From the IMG/VR virus record IMGVR_UViG_3300028883_000041, positions 21,588 through 85,587 of that record: DNA of 64,000 nt; one strand, 5' to 3'. Below the pieces are notes generated by a model. That model did not search any database and was not told the DNA's origin. It worked only from the letters and a program-made list of their open reading frames with translations. The DNA is from a virus. This document shows positions 30,567-41,384 of this stretch, one piece after another (the stretch's first letter is position 1; each line of letters starts with the position of its first letter). The position numbers and the translations under genes were made by a program.

Positions 30567-31151
30567 TTAGAGGTGTCTTAAAGAACTATCAATAAGAGGA
30601 AGGTTTGATGCGTTGGGGAAAGACCTTTCTGTATATTCTTTAACATCTAAAGCAGTAAAACTTAGTGTCTCAGCCATAAATTGACCTTGATTAATACCAC
30701 CTTCTACAGAAGTTGGAGTAATTCTTGAAAACACATATCCTTTCCCTACCCCTTGAGCATAAAACCTTAACCTAACATCACTAAAAGGTATAAGTAACTC
30801 TCCTACATTATCAAAACCACTACCAACTTGATGTTTCAAATCATAAGTTCCAAGAAGAAGTTTTGTTCCAATGTCTATATAATCAAAATTAGCACTTGAG
30901 TGTTTGATAACCACAGAAGATAACTGTCCTTCTGCTGATAGATTGTTTCTAAAAATGTCTGAACCTAAAGGATTATCATCTCCTATAGCACGATAAGTTC
31001 TTGTGTTCCAAACATATCTCCAAGAAAGCTTGTCTGCAAACCCTATTGGAAAGTTTTGAAATAGAAACTCATCATCTCTCTGTCCTTTAACTGTTAGAAA
31101 TATTGCTACATCATCAGCATGAATAGTATTATTTTGTGTTGAATAACTCAT
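30567..31151 (-). CDS. Tail tube-like protein 2
   Basis: Paralogous by eye to 31190-31768 (YRAIG vs VRAIG; INQGQF vs IGQGDF). Confidence 0.6.
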   Translation of the reverse strand: MSYSTQNNTIHADDVAIFLTVKGQRDDEFLFQNFPIGFADKLSWRYVWNTRTYRAIGDDNPLGSDIFRNNLSAEGQLSSVVIKHSSANFDYIDIGTKLLLGTYDLKHQVGSGFDNVGELLIPFSDVRLRFYAQGVGKGYVFSRITPTSVEGGINQGQFMAETLSFTALDVKEYTERSFPNASNLPLIDSSLRHL

Positions 31152-31189
31152 TATGAATAAAAAAAGGATAAGAAGATTAAAAATCTTTC

Positions 31190-31768
31190 TTATGGATGAG
31201 AAGTTATTGAGGAAGATGGGTTACTATAACCGAATTCACCTTCCATTTCAATTATGGTGAAGTCCCCTTGACCAATATCTTTTGACCTTCTGGTAAAGAT
31301 ACAATCGTGTAATGTATCTTCGAACCCAGTTCTTAGGTTTCTTATCTGGATAGTAAATCTTAAAGGAGCAACATATTTACTTGGGTCATCCGCAGTACCA
31401 GCACCATGCATTTCTGGAGGAGTAACTGTTCCAGCACTAATAGCATCGGAAAGCAATGAATTGACATCAGATGTCCCTTCATTCATTCGAGCACCTAATG
31501 CTTGTTGTATCAACCGCATGTTGATGGCAGTAGCTCTAAATCTGCATCTGAAGACACCTCTATAGTTAGTTGTTCGAGCATCAACTCGAAACTTAGTTCC
31601 GATAGCTCTTACTTCTCTTAACTCTTCACTGTCTTCATATCTGATACTGTCTAATCTTCCAAGAGTATATTCTACTAAATCATTAGTTAGATTATCTCCA
31701 CCAACAACGAGCATCTTGAGGATTATATCGTCCCCAAATTCTGTATTATAATAGTTTAGATTTGACAT
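31190..31768 (-). CDS. Tail tube protein
   Basis: Directly downstream of the sheath; beta-rich; LHDCIF motif. Confidence 0.7.
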   Translation of the reverse strand: MSNLNYYNTEFGDDIILKMLVVGGDNLTNDLVEYTLGRLDSIRYEDSEELREVRAIGTKFRVDARTTNYRGVFRCRFRATAINMRLIQQALGARMNEGTSDVNSLLSDAISAGTVTPPEMHGAGTADDPSKYVAPLRFTIQIRNLRTGFEDTLHDCIFTRRSKDIGQGDFTIIEMEGEFGYSNPSSSITSHP

Positions 31769-31774
31769 TTTTTA

Positions 31775-33070
31775 TCACCCTATTTGTAATGTTGCTGTAA
31801 GATTTATCACTATCTTCAGTGTCTCAAAGACTGGTGTCACATCAACTTGACATCTCATAATGTTGTTTGCTTCATCATTAGCAGAAGCATACACATTTGC
31901 AGCAAATGCTTTAATCATCCCTTGTCTCTTTCTATCAGCAAGTTTAGTTTCTATCGAAGTTTTCGCAGAAGCTCTTGTACTTGAAGTGTTAGAACTGAAC
32001 AAGTATTGTCTCATAATGTTTCTTGCATCTTTTGCAATCGTATCTAAGATTTGTCTTGTAGTTATCAATGTTACATCTGCAGCTGAACTTGCAGTAAACG
32101 TCCAACCTTTGTCGTAAGACCAAGTACTATTTGTACCATTGGTCCATCTTCTTGGAAATATCACGTGGTCTCCCCACATGCTTTCCAATGTTGTCTTACC
32201 AAATATATGTAAGTTTTCATCACCTTTGTAAGAAGGCGACCATCCAGTAATATAACTCAGTGGAGTATGAGCATCTTGGCTTGATAATCTTCCAGCAACA
32301 TAAGCTGCTAAGAAGTTTCCACCTATTTCATGTGTTCCACTTGCGAAAGTTGTATAATCTTTCAGATGTGTATCTGTAGTTTCAGTAGAACCGCTTGTTG
32401 CAGTAAATTTATAGGTTGTATTAGCAAGAAGACATATCACTCTTCCAGTATCGCTTTGTTGAGTATCAGCAGTTGGGAATGAATATGTATATGAAGAACC
32501 ACTCAATGCTCTTTGCAAAGAAGTTCCAGTAACATAAACCCTTTCTTTACCTTCTGAAGCTGCTGAAGCAGCAACTACTTCTGTTACGACAGCTGCTATT
32601 GGATTAGCACCAGCCACAACCAAATAATAAACATCATCGAATGCTCTTAAAGCTGATAAAGCTTCTGAAAGACCAGTTGGTGATGTTTCAGCGTCAGTTC
32701 CAGTTCCACTAAGAACACAACCATAAACTTTTTTAGCACCACCAGCAAAAGCTAATTCTACTGCTCTCATAAAGTTATGGTCTGGGCAATAAGGAGAGTC
32801 GCTTGTAGCACCTAAATCATAAGTTCCACTTGACCAATTGGTACCTAATGCAATTCCCATCTTATTCTTATAATCAACAAGTGAGTCATATACAAAAACT
32901 GTCCCAGTATTACCAGTTGTAAATAAATCACTGTCTGCTACATCATAATCTGAACTACCAGATGCCATATGTCCTATGACAGCAACATATCGACCAGTAT
33001 CTAATGGGCTGGGTCTGATATCGTCTGTGGTTTGTTCCACATAAACACCAGCTAAAGTATATTCGCTCAT
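31775..33070 (-). CDS. Contractile tail sheath protein
   Basis: LAGVYVEQ N-terminus, AAYVAG, ITTRQILD, VDVTPVFETLKIVINL C-terminus. Confidence 0.85.
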   Translation of the reverse strand: MSEYTLAGVYVEQTTDDIRPSPLDTGRYVAVIGHMASGSSDYDVADSDLFTTGNTGTVFVYDSLVDYKNKMGIALGTNWSSGTYDLGATSDSPYCPDHNFMRAVELAFAGGAKKVYGCVLSGTGTDAETSPTGLSEALSALRAFDDVYYLVVAGANPIAAVVTEVVAASAASEGKERVYVTGTSLQRALSGSSYTYSFPTADTQQSDTGRVICLLANTTYKFTATSGSTETTDTHLKDYTTFASGTHEIGGNFLAAYVAGRLSSQDAHTPLSYITGWSPSYKGDENLHIFGKTTLESMWGDHVIFPRRWTNGTNSTWSYDKGWTFTASSAADVTLITTRQILDTIAKDARNIMRQYLFSSNTSSTRASAKTSIETKLADRKRQGMIKAFAANVYASANDEANNIMRCQVDVTPVFETLKIVINLTATLQIG

Positions 33071-33108
33071 AAGCTATTCTCTACATAATGAGTATAAAAA
33101 GATTATTA

Positions 33109-33855
33109 TCAACTTCCACTCTCTGTACCAGACCAAGAAAGTGTTCCGCTCTCGGTATCAACACTTTCTAAGACCCCAGAACTGGTTTGATAGACTTCTA
33201 TAGGAACTTCTCCTACAAGATAACCATCTGAACCACTTCCAGTTGGAGGAATAAACCTTACTTCAGTTGTAATCAATAAATCAAGATATCTACGATAGAC
33301 CATGGTCGCACCATTATGATGAGCTACATCTTTAATAAATCTATCAGCATCATCATATCCTATAAGGTCACTACTAACAGTTTTAACTTGTTTAATACCT
33401 AAATCATAAAGAGTATTAGACTGTGGAGACTTATACCAATTAAACAGATTATCTATTTTACCAGACAAAGAGTCTCTCATCCATGGGTCCTTAGCCCAAG
33501 AGTCACATCTGACAATGTAGATTTTTTCATGACCGTATACTGTATCATATGAACCAGAAGAAGCAACCCCACCACCACTATTTACATATTCAAAAAGAAA
33601 GTTACCTATATACTCACTCATCTCTCTTTGCCCTTGGACACTAACTACAATAGTAGGAAGTTCCATATTCTCTGCTGTAGGATAATCACCATAACAATTA
33701 ATTGTTGTTTCTGTACCAGAAGTACCTAATGATATAGTTCCAATATTAGTCCTTATGAAGTCAACTATATGTGCTTTAAGAGTATCTGTATCAAATAAAT
33801 AACCATCTTTAGACGATAATACTGAACCGCTATAACTTTCCCATGTCCAAGTCAT
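33109..33855 (-). CDS. Tail terminator/completion protein
   Basis: Upstream of the sheath; YP..LPTIVV..CDSWAKD. Confidence 0.6.
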   Translation of the reverse strand: MTWTWESYSGSVLSSKDGYLFDTDTLKAHIVDFIRTNIGTISLGTSGTETTINCYGDYPTAENMELPTIVVSVQGQREMSEYIGNFLFEYVNSGGGVASSGSYDTVYGHEKIYIVRCDSWAKDPWMRDSLSGKIDNLFNWYKSPQSNTLYDLGIKQVKTVSSDLIGYDDADRFIKDVAHHNGATMVYRRYLDLLITTEVRFIPPTGSGSDGYLVGEVPIEVYQTSSGVLESVDTESGTLSWSGTESGS

Positions 33856-33893
33856 TGTTATTACCTTTTATTCATGCCTTTTGAAGTTTTCCC

Positions 33894-35336
33894 TTATTCA
33901 TCATCATTAAAGAATTCTCCAAGAGATTTGTTTTTCCTTTTGTTTTCCATTTCTTTTTGTCTTCTGGCAACTCTATTACGTTGGTTTATTCTTTCTCTAC
34001 GTAGAGATACTGTTGGCTTTGCTTTTGTAGGTAATTTTTGTTCTGGAGTTTTATTTATGAAATTCCACACATTATAACCCATAAACTTATGATATAATCT
34101 TTTTGCTGCTTTATAGGATAAAGGTGTTTTACCACCCCCATGTTTTCTTGCAATAGCCTCTACTGTATCATGAAACTTAACTCTCTCTTTTGCTCTTTCT
34201 ATCCTTTGTTCTTCTATTAACTGTGCTTCATTTTCTATCTTTAATTTTCCACTCCTAATGAACTGGTTCAAATTACCTCTGTTTTCTATTATTTTGTTTC
34301 TTAAAATTTGTTGCTTTCTGTCCAATGATTTTACTTTTCTTTTTGCTTCTTGTGTTTCTTTCCTTTCTCTTTCTTTCTTTGTAGGTTGACCCATAACTAC
34401 ACGGTCATGAAAATCATCACTATTCTCATAGTTAATATCTATAATCATTTGTTTTTCTCTAAAGGCTCTACTTGCAGCTCTCTTCTGTGCTCCTTCGCTA
34501 TATCTCCATTTCTTTCCCTTATAATCTCCATCAACTTCTTCTCCAGCTTCATTTAACCAAATAGTTGAAAACTTTTTCCCTAAACTTTGTAATTCCTTCT
34601 TTCTTGCTTTCTCTCTTTCTTTGAGTTCCTCTAATTTGGCTTTACCTATTTCACTTGTAGCTGGTAATCTACTCAAAGGAACTTTTGCTGGTGCTATACC
34701 TTTTGTCGCATCTCCCCATGAATCTTTAATCCAATCTTCTGCTGATAATAAAACCTCATTATATATTGTTGGTTGCAGCATAGGTCTGGAGTCAAAAGGA
34801 TACCCTTTAAATTCAAAATAACCATGACCTCTAATATCCATATAACCATCATAAGTTTCTTCATCTGTATTTTGAACAACATGAACATCAGAAACATAAG
34901 AGTCTCTTGCAGCACTGGCTTCTGCTGTATAATCTACTGTCAGTCCTTCTGGTGTGGTCGTAGAAGACTCATTAGTCCATGAATGACCTTTCTTGTTAAA
35001 AAAGGTTTCATATAACCCTCTAAGAGTTTCACCAGTATCAATCATACCGCTTCTATTATCTGGATTAGGATGAGGAGTTTTCTTTGGAGGAAAACCATAT
35101 TTAGAATAGGCATGTTCTACAACATCTATAGCTATAAGATTAATATTATCTAAACAGTTTTCAAAGAACTGAGCAAATACTCTTTCAAATCTATCTATTG
35201 CATGAGCATTTTTCCTTAATACAAATCCGTGTTTTGTATATATTGCTTCAGTAAGAAAATTAATTCCGATATGTAACTCTAACTCAGCCATTCTCATTAA
35301 TACGTCTTTTTCATATGAAGTTAAAGTTATCATCAA
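33894..35336 (-). CDS. HK97 gp10-like tail completion domain with long basic C-terminal extension
   Basis: IDTGETLRG..YFEF..SRPMLQPT; K/R-rich C-terminal half. Confidence 0.45.
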   Translation of the reverse strand: MMITLTSYEKDVLMRMAELELHIGINFLTEAIYTKHGFVLRKNAHAIDRFERVFAQFFENCLDNINLIAIDVVEHAYSKYGFPPKKTPHPNPDNRSGMIDTGETLRGLYETFFNKKGHSWTNESSTTTPEGLTVDYTAEASAARDSYVSDVHVVQNTDEETYDGYMDIRGHGYFEFKGYPFDSRPMLQPTIYNEVLLSAEDWIKDSWGDATKGIAPAKVPLSRLPATSEIGKAKLEELKEREKARKKELQSLGKKFSTIWLNEAGEEVDGDYKGKKWRYSEGAQKRAASRAFREKQMIIDINYENSDDFHDRVVMGQPTKKERERKETQEAKRKVKSLDRKQQILRNKIIENRGNLNQFIRSGKLKIENEAQLIEEQRIERAKERVKFHDTVEAIARKHGGGKTPLSYKAAKRLYHKFMGYNVWNFINKTPEQKLPTKAKPTVSLRRERINQRNRVARRQKEMENKRKNKSLGEFFNDDE

Positions 35337-35365
35337 ATAATAAAAAGAAAAAGGAGTAAAAAAAG

Positions 35366-35716
35366 TTATTGTTTGTCTTTAGGCACAAGTTTATCTTCGA
35401 TATCTTGTTTATCAAATTCAGTTACATCTTCAAAGTTGTTATTTGCTGAGTAGTGTTTAGGTAACAATCCTATGAAATCGTCATCCCATACCACATCTTG
35501 AGCATGACCTACAACACGAGTAAAACCGAGAACTACTTGTTCTCTTATCCATTCACCTTGATGTAAATCAAACTGTCTTTGTAACTTTATATGTTGAACA
35601 CCATTAAGGTCTTCTATACCAACAAATTGCATGAGTTTTACAATTCTTTGGTCTAAACCAACATCATCCAACTCTTCAGTTTCTTCTTCTAACTCTTCAA
35701 AATCATCCTCTGTCAT
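35366..35716 (-). CDS. Hypothetical acidic protein
   Basis: ORF in the morphogenesis region. Confidence 0.55.
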   Translation of the reverse strand: MTEDDFEELEEETEELDDVGLDQRIVKLMQFVGIEDLNGVQHIKLQRQFDLHQGEWIREQVVLGFTRVVGHAQDVVWDDDFIGLLPKHYSANNNFEDVTEFDKQDIEDKLVPKDKQ

Positions 35717-36830
35717 CAGTAATCACATCCGCAAGTTTCTTGGCTGCTGATTTCCAAGTCCATTTCTTGACATCTTTTAGCCCTTGAACTGACCTCTTCT
35801 TTCTTCCTTCAACATCATCAACAACTTTTCTCATTATATTACGAATATTCTTTATTGAAGGTTTAGCCCAATAAAGCCCTTGGTTTCTATCGTAAGGACC
35901 TCTACCATCAGTGATATCCATTGTTTCTGGTTTAATGATGTAGGAGTTCTTAGTATTCATATATTCCAATTGACCACCAAACTTTTGTGTGATACATGGA
36001 ACACCACAAGCCATAGATTGAATATAGGGTAATCCCCAACTCTCACCTTTGCTTGGTAATATGAACGCATTAGCAGAGTTATATAATCTTCTCATATTAG
36101 GTTCAGTTAGCATCTGACCATTGATTACAATTTTTGGAGGGTTCTTATTCTTGAATTGAAAGGTTCTGGTTTTGATAGCATTAGTTATTCCTAACATAGT
36201 TGAGAAATTATTATCCATACCATATGTTTTTAACATTAACACTACTTTATCATCTCCAGTAAATTCTTTAAGATAAGCATCTACAAGTTCTTCAAACCCT
36301 TTTCGTTTAATCCACTGACCTACAGCCAAAAATACGAAGTCATCACCAAAGTCAAATAATTTGTCTTTATCTGGATAGAATATAGAAGTATCTATACCAT
36401 GAGGAACTATATGAATTGGTCTGGCATCTGGACCTTTTTCTGTTATGGCTCTTTCTATAGAGTCTTTACAAAACTTAGTATTTGTTATGAACTCATCATA
36501 AAGGGTGAGCTCTTTCTTCCATAGAGGAGGTAAATCAAGTAATTCCCAAACAAACATGAGTATGTTTCTATTGTGGTCTGGAGGAGACCTATCAAATACT
36601 ACTGGAGTTCCATATCTTATATAAGGAACTGTTTTATCAGAAGTCTTAGCAAACATATCTTGGAATATCGCTGCTTGGTCTGCTGGTAATCTAATTATTA
36701 AATCATCCATTTTTCTTTCTTGAAGATGAACATCTAATCCTTCTTCATGAAGACCTAACACCATTTTTCTGGCTGCATAAGCATAACCAGAAGGAGATAA
36801 TACTGTTGTTTCTATTCTTACATCAACCAT
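35703..36830 (-). CDS. GT4-family (GT-B) glycosyltransferase
   Basis: SGYA, VPHGID, RKG, PSKGESWGLPYIQSMACGVP. Confidence 0.9.
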   Translation of the reverse strand: MVDVRIETTVLSPSGYAYAARKMVLGLHEEGLDVHLQERKMDDLIIRLPADQAAIFQDMFAKTSDKTVPYIRYGTPVVFDRSPPDHNRNILMFVWELLDLPPLWKKELTLYDEFITNTKFCKDSIERAITEKGPDARPIHIVPHGIDTSIFYPDKDKLFDFGDDFVFLAVGQWIKRKGFEELVDAYLKEFTGDDKVVLMLKTYGMDNNFSTMLGITNAIKTRTFQFKNKNPPKIVINGQMLTEPNMRRLYNSANAFILPSKGESWGLPYIQSMACGVPCITQKFGGQLEYMNTKNSYIIKPETMDITDGRGPYDRNQGLYWAKPSIKNIRNIMRKVVDDVEGRKKRSVQGLKDVKKWTWKSAAKKLADVITDDRG

Positions 36831-38162
36831 TTACATCACCAACTCTATATTGGTATTAACTTTTTCAAATAAGTCAATCCACATCTTATTTACTACCGTC
36901 CAATCATAATGACTGACTGCCCAATCACGAGCATTTTTACCATGTAGTTTTCGTAGTTCTTCATCTTTCCAATATTTCTGGAAAGCTTGAGCCATCTTCT
37001 TAACATCTATCCAAGCCTTTCTAACTCCACATCTTTCCATATAAGCAGTTACATAAGGAACAGCAATTCCTCTTTGTTCTTCTTTAGGAACAACTTCTTC
37101 ATTATCACCAAGAAGTAAAAACTCTTCTGTGGTTGTATAATTGGTTGCTACTGTTGGAAGACCACAAGCCATGCCTTCTACTATAGGAATTCCAAATCCT
37201 TCTCCACCAGTTGATAGAGCATGAACGTCAAAACAATTATATAACAACGATAAATCTTGTGGGGGTATCCCTTCTAAGAAATTATATTTTTTTCTGGATT
37301 GATTTGATGCTGGAGTAATGATAACGTTCTCTCCTATTCCTCTACATTCAATCTGCTCTAAGAAGAAATAATCGTGGTTAGCATCCCCTATATATAATGG
37401 GTCTTTAGCATCTAAATGAAGATAGAGATAACAAGTTTCTTTCTTCAACTTTTTCTCTTCTTTACTTCCAGCATTCATAAACATCCTAAATGCTTCAAGT
37501 AATCTCATATGATGTTTTCGTTTATTCAATCTGGCTACGCAACCTATAATGAACATATCTTTAGGGTCTGTTTTAAACTTCATACCATATTCACCAAAGA
37601 ATGCTTGTCTTGCTGCTAATTTGTTTATAGGACTAAATATAGATGTATTTATACCATGGGGTACATATTCTGCATCAATTTTAAGTTGTTCTTTAGTAAG
37701 TTTTTGACCATATTTACTCATTGCTATTGGAACATCAACAGCCATTAGAACTGACTCTATCATACTGTTGATTGGGTCTCCATCAAGAGGATAATATAAC
37801 ATCCAAAAAGGTCTTGGTTGTCTTGCTAATACATCAACCATATGAGCATCCCCTTGAGTAAAGAGAACATCTGGAGCTATTTCATGAAATACGTCTTGAT
37901 AACTATCCTTACCAAACATAGCATTTCCTCTCACTCCATGAACTTTATAGTTAAATCCAGAAATTGGAGGATTGCCTCTTGTTTGCCATCCTAAATAATG
38001 AGTATCCCAATTGAAGAACTTAGATACTGTATTAGCTATAGTTCCACATTGTATAGCAAACCCAGTAGGATAGTAAGGGCTATCAGAAGCAAAAAGTATA
38101 GTTGGTCTTCTTCTATTCAACTTAATTTCGGTTTTTGTCTCTATATCTACTTTTTTTGACAT
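36831..38162 (-). CDS. GT4-family glycosyltransferase
   Basis: PTGF, VPHGIN, VARLNKRK, GEGFGIPIVEGMACGLP. Confidence 0.9.
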   Translation of the reverse strand: MSKKVDIETKTEIKLNRRRPTILFASDSPYYPTGFAIQCGTIANTVSKFFNWDTHYLGWQTRGNPPISGFNYKVHGVRGNAMFGKDSYQDVFHEIAPDVLFTQGDAHMVDVLARQPRPFWMLYYPLDGDPINSMIESVLMAVDVPIAMSKYGQKLTKEQLKIDAEYVPHGINTSIFSPINKLAARQAFFGEYGMKFKTDPKDMFIIGCVARLNKRKHHMRLLEAFRMFMNAGSKEEKKLKKETCYLYLHLDAKDPLYIGDANHDYFFLEQIECRGIGENVIITPASNQSRKKYNFLEGIPPQDLSLLYNCFDVHALSTGGEGFGIPIVEGMACGLPTVATNYTTTEEFLLLGDNEEVVPKEEQRGIAVPYVTAYMERCGVRKAWIDVKKMAQAFQKYWKDEELRKLHGKNARDWAVSHYDWTVVNKMWIDLFEKVNTNIELVM

Positions 38163-38206
38163 GTATATATATAAACACCTAATCTTATTAAATCTTTTGA
38201 TGGCTT

Positions 38207-38743
38207 CTAACTCATTGGCTTTGTTGGGTCAGTCTCACCAGTCTCTGAATAAGGCTTTCTAACAATCTTTAATAAAGTATAAACTTTCTGACCAAATGAA
38301 CCGTATTTTGTTTCGTTTAGCATTATATCATATTCGTACCTTGTATAATTGGTATCAATAGGAAAAATGATTATGTCACCAACTGCAAAGTTATCGTGTT
38401 CCCAGCCATAAGTCCATAACCGATGAGTATAACGTTGAACTAAACCAGCTGGTGTCACATAATCACCTACTCCACTTCTTCCAGTAGGAGGTATTTGCTC
38501 TACGTAAGCTTTTACTTTTCGTTCAGATGATGTCCCCTCAGTAAAGATAAATCCAGACCCATTACATACAGAACAAGTAGAATTAGGACGACCATATAAA
38601 CTATTCCAACAAGTACATTTAGTAGCACTTTTTTTAGACCTATGAATGACATCTTGTCCTACATTAGTTAAGATATGTCTCATATAATAGTCATCAATAA
38701 TAGGAACATGAGGTGTTCCCATAGTCCATTGTCTAAATGCCAT
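38207..38743 (-). CDS. Head closure/neck protein with Zn-finger insertion
   Basis: Likely start MAFRQW (38743); KCTCW..CSVCNGSG; adjacent to the adaptor. Confidence 0.55.
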   Translation of the reverse strand: MAFRQWTMGTPHVPIIDDYYMRHILTNVGQDVIHRSKKSATKCTCWNSLYGRPNSTCSVCNGSGFIFTEGTSSERKVKAYVEQIPPTGRSGVGDYVTPAGLVQRYTHRLWTYGWEHDNFAVGDIIIFPIDTNYTRYEYDIMLNETKYGSFGQKVYTLLKIVRKPYSETGETDPTKPMS

Positions 38744-38745
38744 AG

Positions 38746-39603
38746 TTAAACACCATCTCCAGCAAGGTTCATCCCTTGTACCCAACCACTATAAATGGTC
38801 TGGTCGCTTGTTACATATATCCTACCACTATCAACAAAGATTGCTGCTTGATTAAGAGTAACTCTGTTAGAACTAAGAGGAAAGCTTCTGGCATAATAAG
38901 GTTTAGAACCAGAACTCCTATCGATAATAACGACTGGAGCTTGGTCATATGCCAATTTCAGTATGTTCTTTAAATTATTAACTTTATCTTCATACATTCT
39001 AAACAGTTCTCCCATAGACATACCTTCTCCCCAAAGTTTGGTTTGAACTCCTAATTCTCCAAGATTATAACTAAACCCTCCTTGGATAGCATTAGAACTG
39101 TTTAATGCTAATATCGAATATTTGACAGCAATAGCATATACTAATAAAATAGCAAGTTGTTCAACGGTATCAGTTGTTGTTAAATCATAATCCCATGTCA
39201 TATCAAATTCATGATTGACTTCTTGTTTTGCTGACTCTAATTCCATCAATATTTGACTATTAGTAAGTCCAGCTTCATAACGATAGGTACATCTTACCTT
39301 CTCACCTATCACAACATTTGCACCAGAAGCAAGAATAACTTGTCCAGTGTTCTCAGTAAAATCAGAACCACTGGTTGTATTATAATAATTACTACCAGAA
39401 TGTGTCAAATCTGTATGTTCCCAAATTCCAGCAACACCTCCAAGGGGAACATTAAAAACATATATCTCATACCCACTTGAACCAGAAAAAACTACTTGTA
39501 ATTCATCTTCAATAGTCGGACTTTGCACTACCCCAGCTTGTGTTAACATATCCCTTACGTTGCTAATATGGTCAGCGTTTTCTGTCGTGCTTAAGAAACT
39601 CAT
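38746..39603 (-). CDS. Head-tail adaptor
   Basis: ISNVRDML N-terminus; FSYNLGELGV; synteny. Confidence 0.55.
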   Translation of the reverse strand: MSFLSTTENADHISNVRDMLTQAGVVQSPTIEDELQVVFSGSSGYEIYVFNVPLGGVAGIWEHTDLTHSGSNYYNTTSGSDFTENTGQVILASGANVVIGEKVRCTYRYEAGLTNSQILMELESAKQEVNHEFDMTWDYDLTTTDTVEQLAILLVYAIAVKYSILALNSSNAIQGGFSYNLGELGVQTKLWGEGMSMGELFRMYEDKVNNLKNILKLAYDQAPVVIIDRSSGSKPYYARSFPLSSNRVTLNQAAIFVDSGRIYVTSDQTIYSGWVQGMNLAGDGV

Positions 39604-39642
39604 TAAGCTAACTACTACATAATGAGTAAAAAAGGGTTTTGG

Positions 39643-40626
39643 TTAAATTCTTGTTTTTCCGTTGACTTCAAAACCACAGTTTTTGAACGTAACTTTTCCA
39701 CCATTTAACCAAGTAATAACCTTATCAAAATCATTTTCATCAACATTCATGACAGATACCTTATCATTAGCATCAATCATAGCAAGACCTCTTCCAGCAA
39801 TAATAAAATTCCATGGTCTAATATCTGTAGCATGTTCATATTTCAAATCTCTAAGTAACTTTTCTATGTTAGCAACATATGGAAAAGTTCCATTGAACAC
39901 CATAAAAGTATAAAGATTTATACCTTTAATCCATACTCTTTTTCTACCATCTTGATGATGATAATGTTTATGTTTCCATGAAGACTCAATACCAACCTTA
40001 CTTCTTAGATGAGGAGGACAGTTGTAATATCTTTTCTTCATTCCATTCTTAATAGTAGTTATCATATAGATAGGTCTTTTTCCCCCTTTGGTAACATGAG
40101 AGTCTCCTTCTCCTATTTGTTCTACTTTACCATAGAATAAATCTGGATTTATCTTAACAACTTTATGAGGATTACAAGCATTGGTAGTATTAGGAAGCTC
40201 AATAATTAGCCTATCTCCAAGAGCAGACATTTCATTAACAACATCATTAGGGTCTCCATCTATATGATGAACTACACTCATTGCTAACACTACATCAAAA
40301 TGTTCTATCTCAGACAAAACTTTAATTTTGTATAAATCCATATGGGTTTGTAACAATATGATATTATTCAAATCGTTTCTTACAGCAAGATTTTGTAATT
40401 GTTTTCCATAGAAATTTGGAGACTCAATCATAACTACAGAACTCATTGGATAATCTTCTGCTATCCTAAATGAGAAGTAACCAAGATTAGCACCTATGTC
40501 TAACACAGTAAAACTCCTCTCAAACTTATCAAGAACCTTTTTTATTACTTGATACCTTTTCTCACACTCTCTTACACCTTTCTTTTCCAATTTTCCTTTA
40601 ACCCATATATCTTGATATTGTTCCAT
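39643..40626 (-). CDS. SAM methyltransferase + kinase-like domain (WbdD-like architecture)
   Basis: VLDIGANLGYFS, FDVVLAMSVVHH; C-terminal HATDIRPWNFII..LAMID. Confidence 0.7.
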   Translation of the reverse strand: MEQYQDIWVKGKLEKKGVRECEKRYQVIKKVLDKFERSFTVLDIGANLGYFSFRIAEDYPMSSVVMIESPNFYGKQLQNLAVRNDLNNIILLQTHMDLYKIKVLSEIEHFDVVLAMSVVHHIDGDPNDVVNEMSALGDRLIIELPNTTNACNPHKVVKINPDLFYGKVEQIGEGDSHVTKGGKRPIYMITTIKNGMKKRYYNCPPHLRSKVGIESSWKHKHYHHQDGRKRVWIKGINLYTFMVFNGTFPYVANIEKLLRDLKYEHATDIRPWNFIIAGRGLAMIDANDKVSVMNVDENDFDKVITWLNGGKVTFKNCGFEVNGKTRI

Positions 40627-41384
40627 TATATTCCTAACTCCTTATACCATGTTTTTATGTTCTCACCAGCAATAATATCTGCTTTTGTTCTCATTTCATC
40701 AGTCCAGTTTTCTATTGAAGGATAGATATACTTATTAGCCCAGCTATCATATTTCTTTATAATCAAATCACTGAAATCATAATCTATACCTATAAAAATG
40801 TTAAATAATAACATATCAGTGTAAGGAGGATTGAACATATCTTCCATCTTTAATAACATCATAGGTATAGTCTTTGCAAACTCTTGAGCAACATTTAAAT
40901 ATTTATTCCATATCCAAAGAGCTTTCATAAATGCTTGTTTTTTAGTTCTATCTCCTTTTTTCCACCACTGTGTTGCTGGGTCATCTTTAAACAGAAACGG
41001 ACTTAATCTATCTGTTACTATACTTTCTTCTGTGTTCTTAGTAGTATATCTTGTAGCAAATGAACGGACAAAATCTACTGGATTTCTTATGATATAAACA
41101 ATCTTAGATTCTGGATAACAATCATGAATAATATCAACGATTGGTGTAAAAGCCCAGTTACTCTCAAAGTAATGTTCTGCATTTCCTCTTATCTTTTCTG
41201 TTCTATCCTTAAAGATTTTAGATAACTCATCTCTTGTTATCTCTCCTTTGTAATATGAAACTATATTATGTCTCAGTCTTGGATGTGGTTCATGTTTTCC
41301 AAGATAATGAGTGTTCTTATTAATGTTATGTGCTAACCAACCAGTACCAGTTCTACCAGTCGATACCACAAATACTTCTACCAT
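40626..41384 (-). CDS. Sulfotransferase
   Basis: 5'-PSB loop VVSTGRTGTGWL, HEP, 3'-PB motif IIRNPVDFVRS. Confidence 0.85.
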   Translation of the reverse strand: MVEVFVVSTGRTGTGWLAHNINKNTHYLGKHEPHPRLRHNIVSYYKGEITRDELSKIFKDRTEKIRGNAEHYFESNWAFTPIVDIIHDCYPESKIVYIIRNPVDFVRSFATRYTTKNTEESIVTDRLSPFLFKDDPATQWWKKGDRTKKQAFMKALWIWNKYLNVAQEFAKTIPMMLLKMEDMFNPPYTDMLLFNIFIGIDYDFSDLIIKKYDSWANKYIYPSIENWTDEMRTKADIIAGENIKTWYKELGI

